DNA of 62,174 nucleotides, filler included, from Rhabdomonas costata (Eukaryota): NCBI GenBank assembly GCA_019059605.1. It is 18 parts of 18 records of this genome, joined end to end, with 100 filler letters (N's around TTAATTAATTAA, not from the genome) between each part and the next. Parts side by side here need not be neighbours in the genome. Positions count along the whole stretch, not along the records: positions 51,915 to 55,268 come from JAHMHO010000961.1; positions 55,369 to 58,724 come from JAHMHO010000962.1; positions 58,825 to 62,174 come from JAHMHO010000963.1; 15 more parts are not named here. One strand, 5' to 3'. Shown piece by piece: positions 52,260 to 62,174 of this stretch (position 1 is its first letter; each line of letters starts with the position of its first letter). The notes under the pieces were generated by a model. It saw only the letters and a program-made list of their open reading frames with translations, ran no database searches and was not told where the DNA came from. The position numbers and the translations under genes were made by a program.

Positions 52260-55200
52260 TCACGCACACTTTTCAGCGGCTCGCGGGGTCTCCGGTGAGT
52301 TTCCACTGTGCTGACTGGAAGAGTCCACGTCGACCAGCTCAATGCAGCTCGGGTCACAAATAGAAGGCGGGGGCATCGTCTCCAGAAGACTCTGCGCTAG
52401 CTTTGTTGGGGTTGGCTGGGCAGCGTCATCCTTCGCATACTGCAGGAGCAGCGAGCGGGCACTGTGGTAGTCACCTGCCAAAAGAATATTCAACGATTAG
52501 TGGCCAAAAAGGCGCCCTGTGAAGGGACGTCATTTTTGACTTAAGTAATGGGCAAATTTGCGCTTTCGAGTCGATCCAAATCTTTCAGACCCACTCAGAC
52601 ATATTTTGAGGCAAAAATGCGCCTGACAGGCAACCTGTGTCCAAAAACGCACAAAGAATGTGCCACTCTCCATCTCACTAGACAATGCCGGAAAGGAGAC
52701 TTCATCTCCAACAGAACCTTTGGTGCAGCAAAGGGGGTGAACAACCCCGCGTAGGATAGAGGAACAAGGTGCCTGCATTCTGAGAAGCCACGTGCAGTGC
52801 GCTCATTTCGGGGGCTTCCGGCGCAGTCGGATCCTTGGCCAGGATGCCGCATCCCAAAATGCCAGTAGATTCATATGTGGTAATGCAGACTGATAGGGAA
52901 AATAGAGGGAAATATTCTTGGGTGCTACAAGCGGACCGAATCTCGGGTGACAGAGTAAAAGAACCGCAGTCAGCGCAAAGGCTTCACAAACAAAATGGCG
53001 ATGGGCAACGCTAAGGGCAAGGGAAAGGGAAAGGGAAAGGGTATGCTGGAGCGCCTTCGTAGAACGCCTGCACGCATCGCGCCCACAGCGCTTGCAGAGC
53101 CGTCGCGTCGCTCACCACGAGGCTTGCGGAGAAGGCGTATAGCCACTCGCCTGTGGAGAGAAGCAACGCGGAAGGCGTCATCTTGGGACGCTAACTCCAA
53201 AAAATCTCCAAATCGAAAAAAGAACCAGACATGAAACTCGTCAGCACGAAGAATGTCATTGTTGCGCTTCCTAATTTCCAGCAAAGGAAACCCGCGGACA
53301 CTCACTACTAGACATAGCACAAGTGCTTAAATGGCAGCCCACACGTATGGACCACTCCGGAGCTCCGCAATCCTCACTGGTGGCAATGGCTGTGCAAGTG
53401 ATACAACCAAATGACGATGCAGCATGCTCCATCAGCAGTCATCAGAAGTGAGGCCTTTGGAGAAAAATGCTTTGCGAGTTCGCGTTGGGGAGTGCGTCGG
53501 CGGATGACTTCAAGTAAACCAGTCGGTACAAAGACACAAACAAAAAAACCATTGTAGTCTGAGCTGGTCACCAGAGCCTCAGGAACGAGCTGGTACAGTG
53601 GCACGGTGGGGGTCTCCCAGAGCGAGCTGTGCACCATATCCAGCAGGAACAGGGCGTCACGGGGACCACTCTCACGAACATTTCCATCTGCAAACATCCC
53701 CCCGGGCACCGGTGACAACCTGGAGATCACTGGAGAATAACATCTCGGGGGTTGGGGTGGGTATAGGATCCTAGTGGTGGAAGGTAGGTTTCAGGCATTG
53801 AAGGATGTGAAACATCCAGAAAACCCGGCTAAACTTAATTAAAATAGCCGTTGGATGCAGCACCGTCGAGTATGCCTAACCGGAGTGTTTCGGTCAGAAA
53901 ACGAAATGATGACAAAAACATGATTCCGACGGTAATCTTAATCATCAGAGTCACATCGAGGGAATGATCTGTTATTCGCGGAAGTATGACGGACCACACA
54001 AAACCTTTGGCAGAGACGGAATCCAGAACCCAGCTACAGTTCCGACCCACACACGCGCGCACACACACACGCACCAACAATAATCCGAGTGCAGTAGTGC
54101 TCGTTCATTTCCTGCAAGAGCTGCGCCTGGGCCACCAGCGGGCCCAAAACCTTTGCGATACGAGTGGAATGTTGCAAAGAGTCGAGAAGTGAAAAAGATT
54201 ATCTCATGTCTGAACCAAAAAACAAACAAATGAAATGACCACGGCGAACCATAGCAAAAAGAAAGCTCGGGGTGGACCCCCGCTCTCCTGCTCTCAGATA
54301 CAGTCACACCCGCAAAAGCTTTGAAATTAAGCGGAAAACAAAAATACAAGAAAAGATTCCTCAGGGCTCAGTACAGTGCTCTGCGTTCAGACCTTTGAAT
54401 GCGCTCCGGATGTGGTCTTAACGTCCAAAATCCTTGAACAGGGTCTCAGCCCCGCTTTTAAACGTTGAAAAATTTTAACAACGTTAACGGGGTTATATGT
54501 TAACAACTATTTCCTAGCACGAGGTGCATTGTGCGAGTGCACCCTAGATGGCGATTTCAGTCTAAACCTTTCCGCACTCTACACATTCAGCGTTGAACAC
54601 CGCTTCCCCGCTTCCACGGAAAGTATGCCAAGAAAACCAGACGTCTTGACAACAACTTACACCACCAAACAACTCAACTATCGTGCCTTCTGTACACTGT
54701 CTAACGAAAAATGGGGGAGGGGGCGTCTACCCGTTTTTTTTGAGGCTGTAGCATTATCTTGGCCGTAACACAATGCTCAGCATGTGTGTGAAGCCCTTGC
54801 TGAGATGCCATGAAGGGCCTAATTCTCACGTGGTACACATTGTTCAGTTCCATTGCGGAAAACGCCAATTACTGCAGGCCGCTCTCTCGCGCAAAAGTAA
54901 AGTTACTCAAATCGGTGGGTAAAATCACGTTGCGGAAAAACCACGCTTCTCAGAATCAACTCCAAAAAACCCCAACCCCTGATTCCAAAAGACAACTAAA
55001 AACTCATTCACATTTGAATACCAGCTCAGATCCATGAGGGACTGAGACCACTAACAACGGAAGCGTGCACGCAAATCGGCCAGCACCTATTACCTGGTTC
55101 AGGCGAACGAACAAGGCACACCGAGAACACCGACAAAGCTTCACAGCCAATGGACGTGTACATCCCATGGCCGTGCACGATCCCCACGCTGAGTCTAAAC

Positions 55201-55268
55201 GGAGAGCTCGTTGAGGCCCGAACGATCTTCACCGCCAGCTCGCATGCCTGCACGGCACACCACACACA
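52260..55268 (-). CDS. Degenerate class III adenylate/guanylate cyclase domain protein (3' part)
   Basis: Exons ~55268-55122, 54150-54075, 53687-53550, possibly ~52721-52668, and 52474-52260: AVQACELAVKI...RLSVGIVHGHGMYTSIGCEALSVFS|VLGPLVAQAQLLQEMNEHYCTRIIVD|...LFLLDMV...PLYQL. This follows the cyclase pattern IGIHxG...IG...VLGDxVNxAxRLExxNxxYxxxIL. Confidence 0.72.
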
Positions 55269-56980
55269 NNNNNNNNNNNNNNNNNNNNNNNNNNNNNNNN
55301 NNNNNNNNNNNNTTAATTAATTAANNNNNNNNNNNNNNNNNNNNNNNNNNNNNNNNNNNNNNNNNNNNTCTGAGAAAGGAGAGTGATGGAGTACGCCAAG
55401 TTGCGTTTGGTGAGACGCCCAGGTTGGTGGTTAGCAAAGAGCTACTCTCCACTCAAACCATTCCCTTTGCTCTCTGCTGTCTCCCAACCAAGTGGGTCCT
55501 GGGATTTCAAACACCTTCGAGATGATAGTCCACAGCGTCAGGGAGTGACGGAAGAGCACGGACCGATCCCTTTGTTTGGTGCAACTTGATTTCAGGAAAG
55601 CCTTCAATTCCTTGGTGCGAGAGCAATTTCCTTCCAGAAGTGAGAGAGAGAACCCGTTCTGGCACCCTGGTCTGATTGGTGCTACGCCTCTCCTAAACCC
55701 CTCTTCACACCACGTAATCTTCACGCCAGCGCCAGCGCTCTTTTCCGTGGGAACTCTCTCTCTGCGGTGGGGTTGGCCCGACACTTTTGACACACACACA
55801 CACGCACACACACACACACACACACACCACAACAGCTCTCTCTGGCCGTGCAAGCGCTTCTTCCCACCTTGGAGAAACTTGGTCCAATTGGGAATAATCG
55901 CGTGTTTGGGATGAGCCGCAACAGTAACTGTTTCCTGTGGTATATCTATTCTGTCGTCTTTTCACTCGTCCCCCTCAGCCTTGGGCTAACCGAGTTGGAC
56001 TCCTGTGTGGGGCTTCCATCACAATTTGAAAACACACCGAGAAGAAGAGGCTTTCTTGACCGACACAAACCACCCTGACCCTGCTCCGCTCATGTTCAGG
56101 CGCTTGCAAGCTTCCTAACGCAGCCCGCACGATCTCTTTAGCTCAGCTGGAGCCCCTTCAGGCGTGTTCCGCGTCTGCATTCTGTCAGTGCTTGGTCCTG
56201 TCTCAAATGAGCAACGGCGAAGCACACCAGACGGTACAGTACAGTGAAAGCTGCCAGCGTAGAGGGGTCACGCTAGAGCTATCCGTCGGCGAAACGACGG
56301 TGGTTGGGGCCCACCATCATGGCCTTCCTGCTCTTACTTCTACCGCTCGAGGCATCCAGGGTCCATCCTCGGCGCTTTTTCCTCCCTGTATGGAAAGAGT
56401 CTAGGGTGGCCTGGCAAAGGCGGTCGGGAGGCAGTTGAGCGGGGTGCTAGCCACCACCCTAGTACATATTTGCACGTTTTTTGTGGTTGTTAATGATATT
56501 CGAGTCTTCCCTCACAGTACTATCATCAGTTCACAGTTTTTTTTTTGCTTCCCCGTTCGGTCCTTCCAAGAGCATTCCCATGCCCGCACCAGCTTATTGA
56601 CGCTGTGCATGCTTCACGCCGACAGATACTAATTTGCCCCCCTCCCACATATGAATTCCTTTCGCAATCCACGTTGTTTTTCTTGCGTTTCTTCTTGTAA
56701 AAGCTATCTGTTCGGTGCGGACCCAGCGACTGCAAGAACTTTCCGGCGCAGTGCTGCGACTCTGTTCAAAAAGCGTTCGAGAGCATTTTTTCAATACATG
56801 TACCCTTTCGCAAATGCACTCTTCAAGATTTGGGGTAACGCTTATTAACACAAATTAACCCCCGCTAACGTTCCCCTAACCCCCGTCAGTATGAAAGGTA
56901 GTTGCCACAGTTTCTGTGCTAAATCTCCTTTCGTGTGCTCGCTGACAGTGTCAGTGCGTGTGCCCACTTTGTTCTTTGCG

Positions 56981-57882
56981 ATGCTCTCTCTGTGTGGCGT
57001 TTTACGAACGGCGCGGGCTTTGATCTCTCCCCGCGCCCCGACACGGATCCTGGCCAGGATGGGCTCCAGTCCTTCCCCCAAGGAGGAACCTCGCATCTTT
57101 CACGCTCAAGGTATCTTTGCTCGCGATTGGTTACTTGAAAGGTCTCGAAAGGAATTCAAGGAATCGCATAACTGTTTGATAAATCTCAAAAGAATCATCT
57201 GCTTTCCAGAAGTTGTTCAAAAGTTGTCTGATCTTTTTTCGGAATCCTTGCCGACGCCTTCGCTCGGGCCCTTTTTTGAACCGTTAGACGCAGTCGTCCC
57301 TCAGAAAGTCCTGTCCTTAATTCCGCTTGCTTACTGTATCCACTCGGAGACCGGTAAATTTTGTCTAAAAATGTCGCAAAAGTTCGCAGTGGTCACACAA
57401 GTTTCACAAATAGACCGAGGCGAACGTTGCACCCAAACCTCATCTGCCTCTTCGATGCAGCACCCCTGTCCCAATGCTGGCCAGGTAGGTCCACTGAATC
57501 GGTGCAAATTTTGTCCCAATGTTGACCCTTGACGATGGGAGGGAAAGAGATGCAGACTCATTCTCCACTTTGTCATGATTTGCATTTTGCATTTTGAGAT
57601 TTGTCATTACATCATTTTGACCTTGTAAGCCCCAACTGCCCCTCCACAGAGGTTCTGAAGATGGTGGAGCAGAGCAGCCAGGCATACACCCCGCTCGCCT
57701 TGGAGAAGGCCATTGTGGGGGAGTTTGGCCCCGCCGCGAGATTCTTTACTTGCAGTGTGAGTTCGATGACCGCCCCGGAAGTCATCGTTCACCTTCGGGG
57801 AAAGGGCAAGCTCTACCCTGCAGCCGGGGATGACGCCAACCCCCTCCTGCGTGTCATGGCGGGAAGTATCGCCGGTCAATGA
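56981..57882 (+). CDS. yecH: YecH/DUF2492-family putative metal-binding protein with mitochondrial-type presequence (complete, 2 exons, 120 aa)
   Basis: Exons 56981-57110 and 57650-57882 (phase-1 GT-AG intron). IFHAQE|VLKMVEQSSQAYTPLALEKAIVGEFGPAARFFTCSVSSMTAPEVIVHLRGKGKL aligns with YecH as recalled (SIHGHEVLNMM...YTxxSLEAAIxARFGEQARFHTCSAEGMTAxELVxFLxxKGKF). Confidence 0.85.
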
Positions 57883-58635
57883 GAGAAGCAGAACCGGCTA
57901 CTGTCCCCCCGAACCGTCCCGAACCGGAACGTTGAACCGCCCATCACGCCGGCGCCCTATGGCTTCGTGAGGTTGGGTCTTATACTGCACATGTCCGAAC
58001 GAATATTCATCGCTTTGTCATCGTTTGTTGTTCGAATCATCCCAAGGCGTCTGTAGAGTATACCGTCTTTCGGACGTTGCTCGCTGTGTTTGTGTTTCGT
58101 CTGATACCTCTCTTTTTTTCTACTTTTTTTCTACTGTTTCGTTGTACATTTGCACTGAAAAGAGACTCTGAAAGAGTTCTCCCCTGGAGTAGCAATTTGG
58201 ATGCTATTAAATGCTTTCGGCTTAGCTAGCTTTGCAGTTTTCAAAAGATATGACAGCTGTGCAGCCCTTTATCCAGTTTTGGCAGAAGTGCTTTCACAGG
58301 CTGTTGCTGTGAAAGAGACTGAAAACGGATATAGATTGGTGTTGAGCCGCGGTGTTGCCCCGGACCATCCTGGAGAGAAAAGCGCGATAACATACTCCTT
58401 GTTATATTTCCCAGAACCGGCTGCGTATAATACATTCTTCATCATACTTTTTGTTGACAGTATTCTGTTTGGAGAAGAAGAAAAGTCCCGTGATCATTTC
58501 GTTTCCTTCATCTTAGCACAGTTACCGTTTTATTTTCTCCCAGTTTGAGTCGGAGTTTACCCACGGGTTTTGCAGAGCTTACACCTCTCTCTCTCCCTTT
58601 CCGTGTGTGTGTGTGTGTTTAACCAGTGATCGACG

Positions 58636-58724
58636 ATGGCGGAGGAGGCCCCTCAGATTTTTATAACTCCGCCGCCACTGCCGCCACTTGGCTCCCCTGA
58701 GTTTCCCATATCCGCCACAACAAC
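58636..58724 (+). CDS. Probable first exon of a downstream gene (Pro-rich N-terminus, truncated)
   Basis: ATG 9 nt after a CAG that follows a CT/GT tract; MAEEAPQIFITPPPLPPLGSPEFPISA runs to the contig end. Confidence 0.45.
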
Positions 58725-59433
58725 NNNNNNNNNNNNNNNNNNNNNNNNNNNNNNNNNNNNNNNNNNNNTTAATTAATTAANNNNNNNNNNNNNNNNNNNN
58801 NNNNNNNNNNNNNNNNNNNNNNNNGGTGGTTGGGTGCATAACAACGCTGTACTGCATATAGGGGGTTGCATTTGCGGTTATAAGGCTAGCTCCACCCGGA
58901 AACTTGAGAGATTAGTCTGTAATCCGAACAAACGGCTTTGCGCCCTGTTTTTTACGTCGCTGGTCTTTCGCTGAGATGAGCGCAGGCCATAGTTGACGGT
59001 TCGGCTTGGGAAGCAAAATAAGGCAGAGAATTCATGGAGTAAATATTCAAATCTTCATTCCTATCACACTTTGGTACACGGTGCAAAAGCAAAGTTTCGG
59101 TGTAAAGGATGGTCTTTTTGAAGATGACAGGGGTGTGTTTCTGGTGCACGCCGTGCACTTTCAACCGCAAAAATGAGGCGACGCGCTGACTGACATGATT
59201 TTGCACCGCCATAGAACGTGTGTTTAACTGCTCTGGCAAAAGTCTCAGCTTACGGCGAGCCTACTATACTATACTACCATACTAATTTTTCATTTCAAGG
59301 AGTCAGTTGCCTTCCTGCTCCTGATGTAGTTGCTGTGAGGCCGTCTTCTGTTCGCGGACAAACCTGCAGGATGGTGGCTTACCAAAAACAATTGCTACTG
59401 TTCAAGGTTGCTTCAGGAGTGCAAAAAGCTCAC

Positions 59434-61707
59434 CTGAGCTTCTTGACGACGATTTCCTCTCGGGCCTTCACACGAATCAGCTCCTTGGAGACCGGGCTGT
59501 GGGGGCCGTTGCGGACGACACCGGGCGAGGTGAGTCCGTCCGAGCCCCTTCCCAAAGAGCTCATCTACAGAAGAAAGGTGAAAAAAACGGAGTGAGGGTG
59601 GCGTGAAAGGCACTCAGAAAAGGTCTCTGGTTCATTACTGAGAAAGCAAGCGAGTAGCCTCCTACCGTCTGGTCGTCCGTCAACGCACCCGTAGGACGTA
59701 TTTACGAAACGCAACGTATTTAAGTAGGACGTATTTACGAAAAACTGACAATCCCCTCGATAGCTGAGGCCGTGTTGGGAAGAGAGAGAGCAAGCATTTT
59801 CCACCGGTGAGAAAGCATCTGCCGATGCCGAGGCGAACGTCCTCCCCAGGCTGACGGTGTGATCCACGGTGGAGATGGTGTCGCCGAGGCCAGGCTGAGC
59901 GGACAACAGGCTCTCCGCGGGCTCTGTCTGGAGACCCATCGTGCGGCGATGGACCACCGGAACAAACCTGACAACAGCACCACCACGTCCTCCCCCCTTT
60001 GGGAAAAAACCTCAGAACTGCAGGAGAATAAACATCGTTCGACAAGCATGTCTCTGGGAGATAACAAACTGCGGAACCGATTGTACTCTCGCCTGCAAAT
60101 TGTGCACACTTGATCGCTTAATTGCTCAAAGCAGCACTGACATTTCGTATGAAACGGTAAGAAATGTGCAAGTTGAAAATGAAAACCTGGTCAAATATAC
60201 ACAAGACGCGTTCACGAGGCACCACAATTCATGATAAGAAACATTCTCTTTGGCCGGATACCGAAAATTAGCAGACCGAAAACAAACGAGAGGGCTGTGG
60301 AACACCATCTCAGACCAGAGATTAAATGAGAGATCCGAGATTAAATGAAGGTGGAAGGAAGCACAGCGCGCCTGTTGGCGTCCTTGAGTTGCTTTACGGT
60401 GGAGCTGAAGGTTCCCGTCAGCTCCCGCAGCCTGCCAATCTGGGTGCAGATGTCAGAGTACACCCCTTGCAGGCCTTCAATCTCTTTGGGGTCGAGCTCC
60501 TCTACCACAAACAGGCCCTTCTGAATGTTCTCCACGTCGTCTGAGTCAAACATGCAAAGCCGAGGCCCGGCACAATGCAACGGAAGACTGATGATTCGGC
60601 AAGAACTCAACTCATTATGAGGCGAAATGCAGGAGAGTCTGGTCGAATCTTGGAGATCATCGCTATCAAGTGGAATTCCAGAAGTGTACAAGTGGGGGAA
60701 AAGAGGGCAAACGTCACATTAAAACCGAAAAACAAAACGGAACTTTCAAAGTACATCCGCTGTAGGTGAGCGAGTGGATGGCGAAAAAGGCGAGGACGCT
60801 GAAGATCGGCATCAAGGTGAAGAATGAAGGGAAAAACACCCCACAATACCTGCCAGCCTGGCTTCCGAAGCTTCCTGTGAAGAAATAACAGGAGCAGGCA
60901 GGAGAACTATTCCCCATGCGCGTCACATTTCGCAAGCTTTTGAGGCGCACTAGGGGGGGGGGAATAACCGCAGCGAAATTAGAGTGCACAGGACGAACAT
61001 TCTGAGTGCGGGCGATCCATGTCTTGAGGTCGTCCGTGAGCAGCTCGCGGATCACCTTGCTCTCCCGGCTGTTGGCCAGGGCCGTTACCGTGGCCTTACT
61101 TTCCTGCGCGGGCCAAAGCCGGAACGCTGCACCACACTCTCACGGTAAGTCCCCACCACAGGGTTCTGTGTCAGAACCAACAAACATTGCAATTAGGTTG
61201 CGTGGACACGCGGAAAAAATAAAACGCTGAAACAAACTTGCACTGAGCGTTTACAAGAAGGAAGGGATCTCAGAGTTCGAACAGCTTCTGCCACCTTCTA
61301 CCCTCGCACTGAACCAGCGAGAACACAACAGCGCGGCCACGCAGTTGTGTTGTACCGTATCCACGGAGGAAGTTTAGCGAATGCATATTGCATTAGCGAA
61401 GGTACAGAGTGCAGGCCACACAGCGGGCAAGCCCAAAATACAGCGACTCTAATTCACTGAGACCAGAAAGAGATAGGAAAACAACAAAAACGAAGCATGT
61501 GCCCAAGAACTTGGGATGAAATGGCCATGGCCATGAAAAGACGCTGCGGGTGGGATGAATTTCCGCAGCTTTGCAGACACCAGTAAAGCCAGTAGATCTC
61601 CGAAGTCCGTATCCCGCAGTGCCGAAAGAAACATCTCATTTGTTCGACTCAGAATCTGCGCTCGAGCTTCCAAAACACCGCCGCCGTTCTTGTCTGAAGC
61701 ATCGCGC
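59434..61707 (-). CDS. Unknown helical protein (multi-exon fragment)
   Basis: Splice-bounded exons ~61707-61582, ~61103-61000, ~60870-60850, ~60540-60372 (GC donor), 59967-~59805, 59564-59434, e.g. VIRELLTDDLKTWIARTQN, DDVENIQKGLFVVEELDPKEIEGLQGVYSDICTQIGRLREL, KELIRVKAREEIVVKKL. No family recognised. Confidence 0.6.
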
Positions 61708-62174
61708 CTGGAGACACGTGAGAATCGTGAGGAGCGAGTGAGTGAGTAACCGTGTTGAATGCAAGGTGCTGATGCGGATGTTATGGAGCTGATTTCTCCG
61801 CCTTTGCGGTCATCTCTTGACTTCCGCTGCGTGCGCACACTAAAAATGCTGGAGCTGTTTGGTGGATGCAAAAGTGAGTGACGAAGAAAGCGCGGTTCTC
61901 GGACGAGCCTCAGCATTGGCCGATTGAAGTCGTCAATCCCGAAGAGTGACAAAGAGTCATAAAACGAAACCTCTCCTTTGCCCGGAGGATCGCTGCAGAA
62001 GCAATCTCCGCGTCGGTCCGCTTCTCAAGTTGAGCGTTCGGGGTGCTCTGCCGCTGAACACGCTGTTAAAAAGAAATTGAACTGGGCTGTGCAAAAATCG
62101 ACCAAGGAACGATGGTGTGCGGACACTTCACAGTTGCAAACACATTATAAAAATTAGCAAATGAAAAACAAAAC

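Noticed and set aside
52995..53234. GKGKGKGKG-containing ORF
   Set aside because: Arises from an (AAGGGA)n-type repeat antisense within the cyclase intron; no further motif.
59691..59742. 19-bp direct repeat gtaggacgtatttacgaaa
   Set aside because: Only two copies within an intron; a local duplication rather than an array.

Overview
This window is not one locus. It is an artificial concatenation of 18 unrelated contigs of about 3.35-3.37 kb, joined by 17 identical 100-bp linkers (N44-TTAATTAATTAA-N44), so adjacency across linkers has no biological meaning. The DNA is from an intron-rich eukaryote with short GC-rich exons and GT-AG plus frequent GC-AG introns. The ADP/ATP-carrier C-terminus and AG acceptors just upstream of start codons suggest a euglenozoan, probably a euglenid (inference). 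Contig ends look like whole-genome-amplification primer remnants. Manual exon splicing gives fragments of: an EGF/laminin-repeat protein, two tandem NRAMP/MntH transporters, a Cry delta-endotoxin domain-I-like protein, the mitochondrial ADP/ATP carrier, UTP13, MetAP2, a Cys-rich zinc-ribbon protein, RBBP4/MSI1, CCT1, carbamoyl-phosphate synthetase large subunit, a coiled-coil protein with a probable villin headpiece, VPS23/TSG101, a degenerate class III nucleotide cyclase, a complete YecH (DUF2492)-like gene and several unknown proteins, plus MITE and retroelement remnants. The most notable items are the spliced Cry/Endotoxin_N-like gene with a hydrophobic leader, the bacterial YecH homologue with an intron and a mitochondrial-type presequence, the bacterial MntH-like tandem NRAMPs, and the high GC-AG intron share. 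All family assignments are from motif recognition by eye; no database searches were run.
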